Source of the DNA: an uncultured Cytophagaceae bacterium
GTDB lineage: Bacteria > Bacteroidota > Bacteroidia > Cytophagales > Spirosomataceae
Direction: 5' to 3'
Length of the DNA: 64,000 nucleotides
Assembly (NCBI GenBank): GCA_966250325.1
Contig: CBINGY010000015.1
Span: 6,368 to 70,367, forward strand
The position numbers and the translations under genes are program-made. Every line of letters begins with the position of its first letter. Position 1 is the first letter of the stretch. The notes beneath the pieces were generated by a model. It was given only the letters and a program-made list of their open reading frames with translations. It was not told the DNA's origin and ran no database searches. Positions 18,809-28,528 of this stretch are shown here, one piece after another.

Positions 18809-19390
18809 TTAAAAATCCCATACCCTCCCAGCCGTGAACGTATAATCAAGAGGGACATCCGTTTTTTCAACTTCACTAATGAGATTTTCGGGCTCAAAAA
18901 AGCTCAGGCCTACAATGAGGGTGTTTTCGGTTCTGTATGAAAGAAAACGGTCGTAGTAACCTTTGCCGTAGCCGATTCGGTTTCCTTTTTTGTCGTAAAC
19001 CAGCAGGGGGACTATCACCAGAATATCGTCATCGGTATTGAAAAATTCTTCACTGGTCTGGCCTTCATTGACCGGCTCTGGTACATTCCATGGGTTTAAT
19101 TCCAGCGTAGTTTCCTTTTCAAAAAGATGATGAGTCAGAATGCCGCCCGGGTGAATTTTGGGAACAAAAACACTTACCGGAAAGTCTTTGTGAAGGGTGT
19201 CAATGATAGGTTGAGTATCTACTTCTTTTTTGTCAATGACGGGCAGATAGCAGTGAACTTTATCATACCGATGTATCATGAGCCTGCTGAAAAGCAACTC
19301 TTTTATGGCCTTGCTTTTGGCAACCACTTCTTCGTCTGTGAGGAGCAGACGTTTTTCCAGATACGCTTTTCTTAGGGTTGATTTGTTCAT
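18809..19390 (-). CDS. 5-formyltetrahydrofolate cyclo-ligase
   Basis: 193 aa with the MTHFS pattern, including the GYGKGYYDRFL block. Confidence 0.85.
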   Translation of the reverse strand: MNKSTLRKAYLEKRLLLTDEEVVAKSKAIKELLFSRLMIHRYDKVHCYLPVIDKKEVDTQPIIDTLHKDFPVSVFVPKIHPGGILTHHLFEKETTLELNPWNVPEPVNEGQTSEEFFNTDDDILVIVPLLVYDKKGNRIGYGKGYYDRFLSYRTENTLIVGLSFFEPENLISEVEKTDVPLDYTFTAGRVWDF

Positions 19391-19403
19391 TTGATGTCAA
19401 AAT

Positions 19404-19449
19404 ACTCGTGGCACGACTTTTTGTCGACGGGAAAGGTCGTGCCACGAGT
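19404..19449 (-). terminator. Perfect 14-bp inverted repeat (18-nt loop) between serS and the cyclo-ligase gene
   Basis: ACTCGTGGCACGAC (19404-19417) pairs with GTCGTGCCACGAGT (19436-19449). On the minus strand it is followed by ATTTTG. Confidence 0.5.
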
Positions 19450-19452
19450 AAG

Positions 19453-20721
19453 TTAAATTTTATCAAACCCACAATACGGCTGCAACACTTTTGGGATATT
19501 GATACCTTCCGGTGTCTGGTTATTTTCCAGAATGGCTGCCAGAATACGTGGTAAAGCCAAAGCGGATCCATTCAGGGTGTGAAGCAACTGGGTTTTCCCA
19601 TCTACTTTATAGCGAAGTTTCAGGCGATTTGCCTGGAAGTCTTCAAAGTTTGACACCGAGCTCACCTCCAGCCAGCGTTCCTGAGCGGCAGAGAAAACTT
19701 CAAAATCAAAAGTAAGGGCAGATGTAAAACCCATATCACCGCCACATAGTCGCAGAATACGGAAAGGGAGCTCCAGTTTAGTAAGCAGACCTTTCACGTG
19801 TTCCAGCATTTCATCCAGTGCCAGATACGATTCCTCAGGTTTCCTGATCTGAACAATCTCTACTTTGTCAAACTGGTGCAGGCGATTCAGACCCCGTACA
19901 TGTGCCCCCCAGCTCCCGGCTTCGCGACGAAAACATGGAGTGTAGCCCACATTTTTCACCGGTAGCTTATCTTCTGAAAGAATTTCATTTCTGTAAATAT
20001 TGGTGATGGGCACTTCGGCTGTTGGAATCAGAAAAAGCTTATCTGCAGTAGCTTCATACATCTGTCCCTCTTTATCTGGCAGCTGGCCAGTGCCATATCC
20101 AGACTCCTCATTGATAAGAATAGGGGGCTGTACTTCAAAGTAACCTGCGGCAATAGCTTCATCCAGAAAGAAATTGATTAGAGCCCGCTGAATACGTGCA
20201 CCCTTCCCTTTGTAAAAAGGGAAACCGGCACCGGTCACTTTATTACCAAGCTCAAAATCGATGATATCATAATCACTAATGAGCTCCCAATGTGGTTTAG
20301 CACCGTCATGAAGTGCAGGAATCTGACCGGCTGAGAAAACAGTTTCGTTGTCATCGGCAGACTTTCCGGGAGGAACACTGGCATGAGGTAAGTTAGGAAG
20401 GGTGTACATGTGATCGGTGAGTTTGCCTACAAGATCACGTAGAGTATCTTCCAGTTCTTTCGATCTGGCTTTCAGTTCGCCCGTTTGCGACTTTGCCGCT
20501 TCAGCCTCGGCTTTTTTTCCCTCTTTCATGAGCATACCTACCTGCTTTGAAATGCTGTTTGACTGAGCGAGGGTATCATCCAGGTCTTTTTGGGTGTCGC
20601 GTCGCTGCTGGTCAAGTTCCAGGGCTAATTTCACAGCCGCTTCAGCATTCGGGAAATTTCTCTTTTGAAGCCCTTTGATAGTGGCTTCTTCGTTTTCTCT
20701 GATATAGTTAATTTGTAGCAT
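19453..20721 (-). CDS. serS: Serine--tRNA ligase
   Basis: 422 aa with an N-terminal coiled-coil arm and class II motifs (FRREAGS, GSALA..R). Confidence 0.97.
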   Translation of the reverse strand: MLQINYIRENEEATIKGLQKRNFPNAEAAVKLALELDQQRRDTQKDLDDTLAQSNSISKQVGMLMKEGKKAEAEAAKSQTGELKARSKELEDTLRDLVGKLTDHMYTLPNLPHASVPPGKSADDNETVFSAGQIPALHDGAKPHWELISDYDIIDFELGNKVTGAGFPFYKGKGARIQRALINFFLDEAIAAGYFEVQPPILINEESGYGTGQLPDKEGQMYEATADKLFLIPTAEVPITNIYRNEILSEDKLPVKNVGYTPCFRREAGSWGAHVRGLNRLHQFDKVEIVQIRKPEESYLALDEMLEHVKGLLTKLELPFRILRLCGGDMGFTSALTFDFEVFSAAQERWLEVSSVSNFEDFQANRLKLRYKVDGKTQLLHTLNGSALALPRILAAILENNQTPEGINIPKVLQPYCGFDKI

Positions 20722-21164
20722 TATTTGGCTGAAATAAGTCTTCTATGGTAATTAATCTGGCCCAGGTGATAGCCCAGATGCCCCAATAAATGAAAAAGAA
20801 AAAATCTGACAGACATTTCCTCATTGCCAAAAACTTTCAGCGGATAGATTTTTGACAGATCGGTTTCTTCAAGATTTGAAACTGTCTTTTCAACAACTGC
20901 ACGGGTTTGGTCAATTTCTGAAATGATTTTTTCACGTGAAAATCGTCCCTCAAATTCTTCAGGTCTGTTTCTGATATAGCCACTGTTTCCAAGTACTGCT
21001 CCTATGAAGTGCTGAAGATTCCCACATAGGTGCATACTCAGATTTCCTCCCGAATTGGAGATCCCTTCGGCCTTTGCAAAGAGCAAATCCTCAGAATCGT
21101 ACATCAAAACTTCTTCACGTAGCTTTTTCAGGTCTTTCTCAAAAACGGCGGCCAGTTCTTTCAT
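20721..21164 (-). CDS. DinB-family four-helix protein
   Basis: 147 aa with His-rich DinB-type helices (HLCGNLQHF, HLLGHLGYHLGQ). Confidence 0.75.
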   Translation of the reverse strand: MKELAAVFEKDLKKLREEVLMYDSEDLLFAKAEGISNSGGNLSMHLCGNLQHFIGAVLGNSGYIRNRPEEFEGRFSREKIISEIDQTRAVVEKTVSNLEETDLSKIYPLKVFGNEEMSVRFFLFHLLGHLGYHLGQINYHRRLISAK

Positions 21165-21166
21165 GA

Positions 21167-22498
21167 TTATTCAAAGTTAAAAAGTCCTTCGTTCAGTGCT
21201 TCCAGGGCTTCGTTTTTATGTTTGGAATCTACCAGAAGAGAGATATTGTGTTCTGAGGCACCATAGGAAATCATACGAATAGGAATTCCTTTTACGGCTT
21301 CCAGAATACGAATGGCAATACCCGGTTTATCTGCCAGGAAATTTCCCACAATGCAAATGATGCTCTGATTGCGATCATGCTCTTCCAGATCGGCAAACTG
21401 ACTTAATTCTTCGGTAATCTTGTCGAGATTTTCTGAATTGTCAATGGTTACTGCCACAGAAACCTCTGAGGTGGTGATCATATCTACCGGGGTCTTGTAT
21501 TTTTCAAAGACATCAAAAACCTTTCTCAGAAATCCGTAGGCATTGAGCATACGGGTAGAGTGGATGTATATGGCGGTAATGTTGTCTTTGGCAGCAATGG
21601 CTTTGATTTCTGGCCCACCGCTAATGGCAGATGTAATCACGGTGCCCGGAGCCTCCGGAGCCATGGTATTTTTTAGTCTTACAGGTACACCACGCATTTT
21701 AGCCGGAGTTATAGTGCTTGGATGCAGAATTTTGGCACCAAAATAGGCCAGTTCTGCGGCTTCTTCAAACAGCAGTTCACGTACCGGGAACGTGCGTTTC
21801 ACGATGCGGGGGTCATTGTTATGCATCCCGTCAATATCGGTCCAGATCTGGATTTCTTCGGAAGTAATGGCACCGCCAATAAGTGATGCGGTATAGTCAG
21901 ATCCTCCGCGTTTAAGGTTGTCCACTTCACCTCTTGGGTTTCGGCAGATAAAGCCCTGGGTTACTAGAATGTGCTTGTCGGTCTGATTTTCCAGAAGAGC
22001 CTTCAGTTTGGTTTCAATTTTTGACAGTTCGGGCTCATTATCGGCATCAATACTCATAAACTCCAGTGCGGGAAGAAGCACTACGCTTTCTCCCTGCTCT
22101 TTCATGTAGGCTGCAAACATCTGTGTACTTAGAAGTTCACCTTCCGCCACCATTTGTTTGTCATGTTTTAGCGTATAAATCTTCAGGTTAGCGAGTGAAC
22201 GGATAAGCCCGAATTCCTTGTCAATGATAGCCCGGCCATCCTGCAAGCCGCCTTCAGTTTCGAATAACTCGCGAATAAATGCATCATAATGAGCGTAGAG
22301 CTCGTCAATCTGCTGACTTGCCTGGGCTTTATCACCTTTTGACAAGGACACACCAATAGATAACAACGCGTTTGTAGTACCCGAAAGAGCAGAAAGTACC
22401 ACGATTTTACGGGTATTATCGGCTACTACCAGCTGACGAATCGACTTCATTCTTTCGGGCTTCCCTACCGATGTGCCCCCAAATTTCCAGACTTGCAT
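21167..22498 (-). CDS. lysC: Aspartate kinase
   Basis: The sequence opens MQVWKFGGTSVG, followed by the amino-acid kinase fold and C-terminal ACT-like regions. Confidence 0.93.
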   Translation of the reverse strand: MQVWKFGGTSVGKPERMKSIRQLVVADNTRKIVVLSALSGTTNALLSIGVSLSKGDKAQASQQIDELYAHYDAFIRELFETEGGLQDGRAIIDKEFGLIRSLANLKIYTLKHDKQMVAEGELLSTQMFAAYMKEQGESVVLLPALEFMSIDADNEPELSKIETKLKALLENQTDKHILVTQGFICRNPRGEVDNLKRGGSDYTASLIGGAITSEEIQIWTDIDGMHNNDPRIVKRTFPVRELLFEEAAELAYFGAKILHPSTITPAKMRGVPVRLKNTMAPEAPGTVITSAISGGPEIKAIAAKDNITAIYIHSTRMLNAYGFLRKVFDVFEKYKTPVDMITTSEVSVAVTIDNSENLDKITEELSQFADLEEHDRNQSIICIVGNFLADKPGIAIRILEAVKGIPIRMISYGASEHNISLLVDSKHKNEALEALNEGLFNFE

Positions 22499-22547
22499 TT
22501 CCTTGAACGATTTATGATGTTATGATTTTTGATTTCAGATGTGAATA

Positions 22548-22913
22548 TTATTCGTTTTTGTTTTTTGAAACGATAGTTTTAATGGATGCAATAATGATAG
22601 ATAGCAACTCATCGCCTTCCTTTAGTAGAGGTGTTGTATCATCCGTGAATTTACCTTCACTTATTGCATTTATATATTCCAGCCAAAAAATGCTTTCATC
22701 CAGCTCTTCTTCGACTATTCTTAATTTATTTAAGAAATCTGGTCTTGATTTTCCCCTACAAACTGCCCGGTAATTTGCCGCAGACGAACTGGAGCTTTTA
22801 CTCAATTGATAAGTTACAACCCGATATTCTGGAGCTTCAGATAGTTTTCGGATGAAGAATACTGTTTGAACTGACCAGTCAAAGAATCGCTTTTTTAATT
22901 CTGTTTGTGTCAT
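22548..22913 (-). CDS. Four-helix-bundle protein (23S rRNA intervening-sequence protein / Avd-like family)
   Basis: 121 aa. The pattern F..+...Y.L..Q...SS.S..AN..E is typical of this family (YQLSKSSSSSAANY). The gene is AT-rich. Confidence 0.85.
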   Translation of the reverse strand: MTQTELKKRFFDWSVQTVFFIRKLSEAPEYRVVTYQLSKSSSSSAANYRAVCRGKSRPDFLNKLRIVEEELDESIFWLEYINAISEGKFTDDTTPLLKEGDELLSIIIASIKTIVSKNKNE

Positions 22914-22914
22914 T

Positions 22915-23415
22915 TTAATCAGATTTAAATCTCAAATCTGAAATCGATAACATTTTCAACGCCGTAATCCCTGCTTCATCACCTTTATTCCCATGTTTGC
23001 CTCCCGCCCGGTCCAGGGCCTGTTCGTACGTGTTTGGTGTTAATACTCCGAATACCACAGGCTTATTAAATTTCAGGCTTACTTCAGTGAGGCCGTTGGC
23101 TACGGCATTATTGATATAATCATTATGTTTAGTTTCTCCCTGTATCACACAGCCGATGGCAATAACAGCGTCAATATCATCTCTCTGAGCAAAAATCTGT
23201 GCACCAAAACTCAGCTCATAGCTACCCGGCACGGTTGCAGACAGTATGTTTTCTTCCTTCACTCCATGTTTCAGCAGAGTGGAAATGGCACCTTCACGTA
23301 AAGCAAAGGTAATTTCTTCATTCCACTCGGCAGTAACAATGGCTATACGCCTGCCACTCATGTCATTGAGCCCGGTGGTATTATATACGGAAAGATTTTT
23401 ATGTGCTGTACTCAT
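22915..23415 (-). CDS. ribH: 6,7-dimethyl-8-ribityllumazine synthase
   Basis: 166 aa; blocks IAIVTAEWNEEIT and VPGSYEL are present. Confidence 0.95.
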   Translation of the reverse strand: MSTAHKNLSVYNTTGLNDMSGRRIAIVTAEWNEEITFALREGAISTLLKHGVKEENILSATVPGSYELSFGAQIFAQRDDIDAVIAIGCVIQGETKHNDYINNAVANGLTEVSLKFNKPVVFGVLTPNTYEQALDRAGGKHGNKGDEAGITALKMLSISDLRFKSD

Positions 23416-23486
23416 GGGGTATTTAGGAGTAATAAAAAAGGGATAAACCGGCTGGCTTATCCCTTTGAATCTCGTTATTTCTAAGG

Positions 23487-24182
23487 TTAATTGCCAGCCT
23501 CCGCTTCCAGTTTCGATTTAAACTTGGTAGCATTCAAAACATCCATGGATGTAGGATATTTCTCAATAAGCTCGCTGTAAGCTTCAATGGCTCCTTCCTT
23601 ATTGCCTGCTGCTTCATTGGCTGTGGCCAACTTCATCAGATAACCGGGAGTTATAAATTTATTTGGGTGGTGAGCCGCTGCTTTCTCATAGAAGGAAATC
23701 GCTTCTGCCGTATTATTTTTTTCCATGTAGGCATCGCCTAGAAGAGCATATGCTTTACCCTGAACCACTACATCACTTGCACTGAAATCTTCGAGGTATT
23801 TGATGGCGTCGTCAAATTTACCTTGTTTCATATAGGCTACGCCCACGTAAAACTTTGCAAGATTTCCGGCAGGAGTACTTCCATAAGAATCTGCCACTTC
23901 CAGAAGGCCGGCATTTCCACCGGTACCTTTCAGAGCCAGATCAAGAGAATCTGATTCAAAATAGTAAACAGAATCATACATGGCAGCCTGAGCTTCCTTG
24001 TTTTGCAGATCTATCCAATATTTATAACCAAAGAAGCCAAGTGCTATGGCAAGAATAACACCCCCTGTTATGGTCAGAAGATTTTTATTTGATTGGAAAA
24101 AGTTCTCAGCCTTACCGAATTCCTTTTGCAGAGCTTCTGCACTTTCAATCAATTCGATCCCTGATTTATCTTGTTTAGCCAT
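23487..24182 (-). CDS. Membrane-anchored tetratricopeptide-repeat protein (YfgM-like)
   Basis: One N-terminal TM helix followed by TPR-like A/Y/G-rich repeats. Confidence 0.7.
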   Translation of the reverse strand: MAKQDKSGIELIESAEALQKEFGKAENFFQSNKNLLTITGGVILAIALGFFGYKYWIDLQNKEAQAAMYDSVYYFESDSLDLALKGTGGNAGLLEVADSYGSTPAGNLAKFYVGVAYMKQGKFDDAIKYLEDFSASDVVVQGKAYALLGDAYMEKNNTAEAISFYEKAAAHHPNKFITPGYLMKLATANEAAGNKEGAIEAYSELIEKYPTSMDVLNATKFKSKLEAEAGN

Positions 24183-24213
24183 GAAAATTGCTTTCGCTTC
24201 AAATTTTGAGGTG

Positions 24214-24221
24214 CAAATTTA
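24214..24221 (-). promoter_or_regulatory. -7 box TAAATTTG upstream of the TPR gene
   Basis: Exact TAnnTTTG match about 32 nt upstream of the ATG at 24182. Confidence 0.4.
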
Positions 24222-24297
24222 GGAAAATGATTTCTATTTAATTCAACCCGATTGTCAAAAAGTATGAAACGGGCCATTGAAACCTATTGCAAATCAA

Positions 24298-24326
24298 CAA
24301 AAAAGGGGCTTTATGCCCCTTTTTTG
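24298..24326. terminator. Terminator hairpin downstream of pdhA
   Basis: AAAAGGGGC, loop TTTAT, then GCCCCTTTTTT. Confidence 0.65.
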
Positions 24327-24343
24327 TTCCTGAACAGTTCAAA

Positions 24344-25360
24344 TTATTCCATCACAAATGGATAATCTTCCTGTACATAGATATCTTTAAACGCTTCAGA
24401 TGCATCCGGGAACGGAGACTCTTCTGCGAATTTCACAGCCGCATCTACCTGTCCTTTAACTTTTTCATCAATGGCTGAAAGTTCTTCTTCAGTGGCCACA
24501 CCATTTGTAAGAATTCTGTGGCGTGTCAGCTCTATCGGGTCACGCATTTTCCATTCGGCCACTTCTTCCTTGGTACGGTACTTCTGTGGATCAGACATTG
24601 AGTGCCCACGGAAACGGTACGTTTTAAACTCCAGGTACGTAGGACCATCACCTTTTCTCGCCCTTTCTGCAGCACGACTCACAGCTTCATGAACGGCTTC
24701 TACATCCATAGCGTCTACCGGCTCAGAGGGCATGTCGTACGCTTCACCCAAGGTGTAGAGCTCTTTGACGTTTGAGCTTCGGGAAACTGAAGTTCCCATG
24801 GCGTAGCCGTTATTTTCTACCACAAAGATTACAGGAAGTTTCCAGGTCATGGCCAGGTTAAGGGCCTCATGAAATGCACCCTGACGTACCGCCCCGTCAC
24901 CCATGTAACAAATACATAGATTTTTGGTGCCTTTGTATTTTTCGGCGAAGGCGATACCGGCTCCCAGTGGAATCTGGGCACCTACGATTCCATGCCCTCC
25001 TACGAAGTTTACAGCTTTATCAAAGATGTGCATAGAGCCACCTTTTCCTTTGGTTGTTCCGGTAACTTTACCATACAGCTCAGCCATTATCGCACCCGGA
25101 TCTGTCCCAAGAGCAAGGGGCTGACCATGGTCACGGTAGGAGGTAATGTATTTATCATCCTTTTCAAGTGCAGATACCGCTCCGGATGCACATGCTTCCT
25201 GCCCTATGTATAGGTGACAGAATCCTCTGATTTTCTGCTGACCGTACAGTTGGCCTGCTTTTTCTTCAAATTTACGCTGGAGTACCATAGACTCATACCA
25301 GTACATGTACTGCTCCTTGCTATATTTTAACTTTGCTGCTTCTTTTTTCTTAGCTGCCAT
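24344..25360 (-). CDS. pdhA: Pyruvate dehydrogenase (acetyl-transferring) E1 alpha subunit
   Basis: 338 aa with a TPP-binding block (GDGA..QG..HEALNLA) and the RFRGHSMSD motif. Confidence 0.93.
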   Translation of the reverse strand: MAAKKKEAAKLKYSKEQYMYWYESMVLQRKFEEKAGQLYGQQKIRGFCHLYIGQEACASGAVSALEKDDKYITSYRDHGQPLALGTDPGAIMAELYGKVTGTTKGKGGSMHIFDKAVNFVGGHGIVGAQIPLGAGIAFAEKYKGTKNLCICYMGDGAVRQGAFHEALNLAMTWKLPVIFVVENNGYAMGTSVSRSSNVKELYTLGEAYDMPSEPVDAMDVEAVHEAVSRAAERARKGDGPTYLEFKTYRFRGHSMSDPQKYRTKEEVAEWKMRDPIELTRHRILTNGVATEEELSAIDEKVKGQVDAAVKFAEESPFPDASEAFKDIYVQEDYPFVME

Positions 25361-25433
25361 AAACGCGTAATTTCCTTAGGCTTTTTGACTTATTAATTCC
25401 AGATGCGGGCATCCGGCCCCGTTTGAGGGAGTG

Positions 25434-25441
25434 CAAAGATA
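25434..25441 (-). promoter_or_regulatory. -7 box TATCTTTG upstream of pdhA
   Basis: Exact TAnnTTTG match about 74 nt upstream of the ATG at 25360. Confidence 0.4.
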
Positions 25442-25669
25442 GGGCTTAAAGGTTTATTGAGGAAAAATCTGTGATAAATCTATAGGGGAGCACTGAAGCG
25501 GATCTGTTTTCGCGATTGTAATGACTTGGTGAAACTGCAGAGGTTAAAAAACCGATAAAGGAACACAAATGAACCCGGCCAGATTTGAAAGAATCCCAAA
25601 TCTTAAACCCAGAAATGGTGGCAGGGGGTGTGGAATCCGTTCCGGAATGATGAACTTTGTAGCCGAGCT

Positions 25670-26746
25670 ATGCATATTTCTTCCATTCGCTTATTTAATT
25701 TCCGGAATCACTCCGATCGCCGTTTTGAGTTTTCTGAGCGGGTGAATTGTATTGTGGGTGAAAATGGGAGCGGAAAAACAAACCTGCTGGATGCCGTTTA
25801 TTTTCTTGCACTGACCAAAAGCTCGTTGCAAAAGCAGGATTTTCTCAGCATTACCCACGAGGAAGACCTTATGGTAATTGATGGCGATTTTGTGATAGCG
25901 GGGAAATCAGAAAATATTACGGTTAGTCTTCAGGAGGGTCAAAAGAAAAGTGTTTTGATAAACAAAAAGCCTTACGATCGCATCTCTGACCACATAGGAC
26001 GCTACCCGCTGGTGCTTATTGCCCCCGATGATACCGACATGATACGGGATGCCAGCGAAACCCGGCGGAGGTTATTTGATGGAATCATGGCTCAGTTTGA
26101 TCCCGAATTTCTAACGAACTATCAGCAATATAATCGGCTGCTGGATCAGCGAAACAGTTTATTGAAACAATTTGCAGAACGTGATTATTTTGACCAGAAC
26201 CTTCTGGACAGCTACTCTGAACCGCTTCTTTGGCTTGCTATGCAGATTGCTAAAAAACGCCGAGAATTTCTGATGCAGTTTATGCCGGTGGTTCAGAGTC
26301 ATTATCAGCGAATAAGCGGAGGAAAAGAGCAGGCTTCCATCATTTATGAAACCGAAGTTATGGATAACTTTCCCGCAGTATTTAAGAATAATCAGAGGCG
26401 TGATGTGGCTGCACAGCGAACTACGAAAGGAATTCACAAAGATGATTTTGTCTTTGAACTTGATCATCAGCCCATTAAAAAATTTGGTTCTCAGGGACAG
26501 CGGAAATCCTTTGTACTGGCTGTGAAGCTGGCCCAGTTTGACCTTCTTGAAAAACATAAAGGGAAAAAGCCCATACTTCTGCTGGATGATATTTTTGATA
26601 AACTGGATGACTACCGCATCGGAAAGCTCATCGAAAACATAGACAATGAGACATTTGGTCAGATTTTTATCACAGATGCCCGCCCTGAACGCACCCGAAG
26701 AATTCTGGAAAAGGTGGCAACAGATGTGAGGTATTTTGAGCTGTAA
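25670..26746 (+). CDS. recF: DNA replication/repair protein RecF
   Basis: Start at the ATG at 25670 (MHISSIRLFNFRN). Walker A is GENGSGKTN, the signature is GSQGQRKS and Walker B is LLLDDI. Confidence 0.92.
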   Translation: MHISSIRLFNFRNHSDRRFEFSERVNCIVGENGSGKTNLLDAVYFLALTKSSLQKQDFLSITHEEDLMVIDGDFVIAGKSENITVSLQEGQKKSVLINKKPYDRISDHIGRYPLVLIAPDDTDMIRDASETRRRLFDGIMAQFDPEFLTNYQQYNRLLDQRNSLLKQFAERDYFDQNLLDSYSEPLLWLAMQIAKKRREFLMQFMPVVQSHYQRISGGKEQASIIYETEVMDNFPAVFKNNQRRDVAAQRTTKGIHKDDFVFELDHQPIKKFGSQGQRKSFVLAVKLAQFDLLEKHKGKKPILLLDDIFDKLDDYRIGKLIENIDNETFGQIFITDARPERTRRILEKVATDVRYFEL

Positions 26747-26762
26747 ACTGTTAATTTGTTCT

Positions 26763-27317
26763 ATGTCAAACGAACAACCCGCCAAAGGCAAACTACTGAT
26801 AGCAGAACCTTTTCTGGGAGATCCCAACTTCGAAAGGGCCGTTATTCTTCTTTGCGAACACAATGAAAAGGGCTCTTTTGGTCTGGTGCTTAATCAGCTC
26901 TCAAACCTGAAGCTAAGTGATGCCGTGAATGAATGTTACGCAGAGCTTCCCTTATACGTGGGCGGTCCGGTGGAATACAATACACTTCATTTTGTACACA
27001 GGCTGGGTGATCAGATTCCCGGCTCGGTGGATCTGGGAAATGGTATTTTCTGGGCGGGGGATTTTGAGACACTGCAAACGCTTCTTAATCTGAACAAAGT
27101 TGATCAGAAAGACGTCCGTTTTTTTCTGGGTTACAGCGGCTGGGGAGAAGGGCAGCTTGACAATGAGATGCGTCAAAACAGCTGGATAATAAGCCAGGCA
27201 GATGCAGACCTTCTTTTTGAATCAGATACCGAAACTTTCTGGCGAAAAGTGCTGCGGGATATGGGCGGAGGTTACAAGGTGATGAGTAATTATCCGATTG
27301 ATCCGAGGCTGAATTAG
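26763..27317 (+). CDS. YqgE/AlgH-family (UPF0301) protein
   Basis: Start at the ATG at 26763. Blocks GKLLIAEPFLGDPNF..AVILLCEHNE.GSFGLVLN are present. Confidence 0.85.
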   Translation: MSNEQPAKGKLLIAEPFLGDPNFERAVILLCEHNEKGSFGLVLNQLSNLKLSDAVNECYAELPLYVGGPVEYNTLHFVHRLGDQIPGSVDLGNGIFWAGDFETLQTLLNLNKVDQKDVRFFLGYSGWGEGQLDNEMRQNSWIISQADADLLFESDTETFWRKVLRDMGGGYKVMSNYPIDPRLN

Positions 27318-27337
27318 ATATGGGACCAAATCAAGGT

Positions 27338-28528
27338 TCAATACCTCCAAACCCGAAATACTTCACCTGCCGCATAAACGTTCCCCTCCCGTAATTCCAG
27401 TTCCATAAAAGCATCAGAATCAGAAAGATTGGCCAGATCGCCACTTCCATGCCCTTCGTTTGGCGAGGCGGTGAGCGTTCCATTTTCGTTAGACAGACTT
27501 ACCTGCATAAAGTAGCTGAGTGCCGGTCTGAAAATAATTTCTTTGTCCAGAACAGCGTACTCTGGTTTGGGGGATTTACCCAAACTTTGTTCAAGCCAGG
27601 GTTTTACATACCGCACGGCACACATAAATGTGGAAACCGGATTACCCGGTAGAGCAAAGATCACCGTTTGATCCTTTTTCCCAAACCACATGGGTTTACC
27701 TGGGCGTTGCTGAATTTTATGAAACAATTTCTGAACCCCGAGTTGCTTCAGGGCTTCGGGCATGTAGTCTTTTTTACCAGCAGAAACTCCGCCAGAGAGA
27801 ACCAGCACATCAAATGTTTCAAGCAATTCGCCGAGTTTTTTTTTGGTAATTTCCAGGCTATCAGGTAGATGAAAGTGAGAAATGGAATCGCAAAGCGGCT
27901 TTATCAATTCCGAAATCGCGTAAATGTTTGATTTCCGGATCTGATGAGCCTCCGGTTTTTGGGTAACACCTACCAGTTCATCGCCGCTGGTAATCACGGC
28001 TACCTGAGGTTTTTTTTTAGCTCGGATCATCGTTTTGCCAACCGTAGCCAATACGGCCAGATCAGGGGTTTTGATCGTGTGTCCCTTTTTGAGAATAATG
28101 TCTCCCTCTTTTCGGTCAATGCCTTTTTTGTGGATGTTCTTTTGCATTTCCAGGTCATCGGGTAAATTCAGAATTCCCGCTTCGGCTTTCGTATCTTCAA
28201 CCCGAATCACTGAATCTACCCCGTTGGGTAGAGGCGTTCCTGTCATTACTTCTACCGCTTCATTGGAATTATTAGTGGTAAATGCGGGATCTCCGGCGAA
28301 CTGAGTTCCTGAAATTTTGTAGTGCCTTGTGCCATTTTCGTATGCTGAACCGCGTATGGCAAAGCCATCCATCGTAACTCTGTCAAAAGGCGGGAAGTCG
28401 CGATCGGCACAGATATCCTCTGCTAAAACCCGTCCCGTTGATTCAAGAAAAGGAATGCTCTCTTCTCCAAAATCCCGGGTTTCTTTGAGAATGAGTTCTG
28501 TGGCAAGTTTGACTGTAACAAAATCCAT
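27338..28528 (-). CDS. moeA: Molybdopterin molybdenumtransferase
   Basis: 396 aa; blocks PPFDRVTMDGFAI and SGGVSAGKKDY are present. Confidence 0.92.
   Translation of the reverse strand: MDFVTVKLATELILKETRDFGEESIPFLESTGRVLAEDICADRDFPPFDRVTMDGFAIRGSAYENGTRHYKISGTQFAGDPAFTTNNSNEAVEVMTGTPLPNGVDSVIRVEDTKAEAGILNLPDDLEMQKNIHKKGIDRKEGDIILKKGHTIKTPDLAVLATVGKTMIRAKKKPQVAVITSGDELVGVTQKPEAHQIRKSNIYAISELIKPLCDSISHFHLPDSLEITKKKLGELLETFDVLVLSGGVSAGKKDYMPEALKQLGVQKLFHKIQQRPGKPMWFGKKDQTVIFALPGNPVSTFMCAVRYVKPWLEQSLGKSPKPEYAVLDKEIIFRPALSYFMQVSLSNENGTLTASPNEGHGSGDLANLSDSDAFMELELREGNVYAAGEVFRVWRY

Noticed and set aside
26159-26863. 234-aa minus-strand ORF antisense to recF and yqgE.
   Set aside because: It lies entirely within or across two well-supported conserved genes. 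Its composition is Cys/Phe/Leu-rich and typical of shadow frames, with no recognisable motif.
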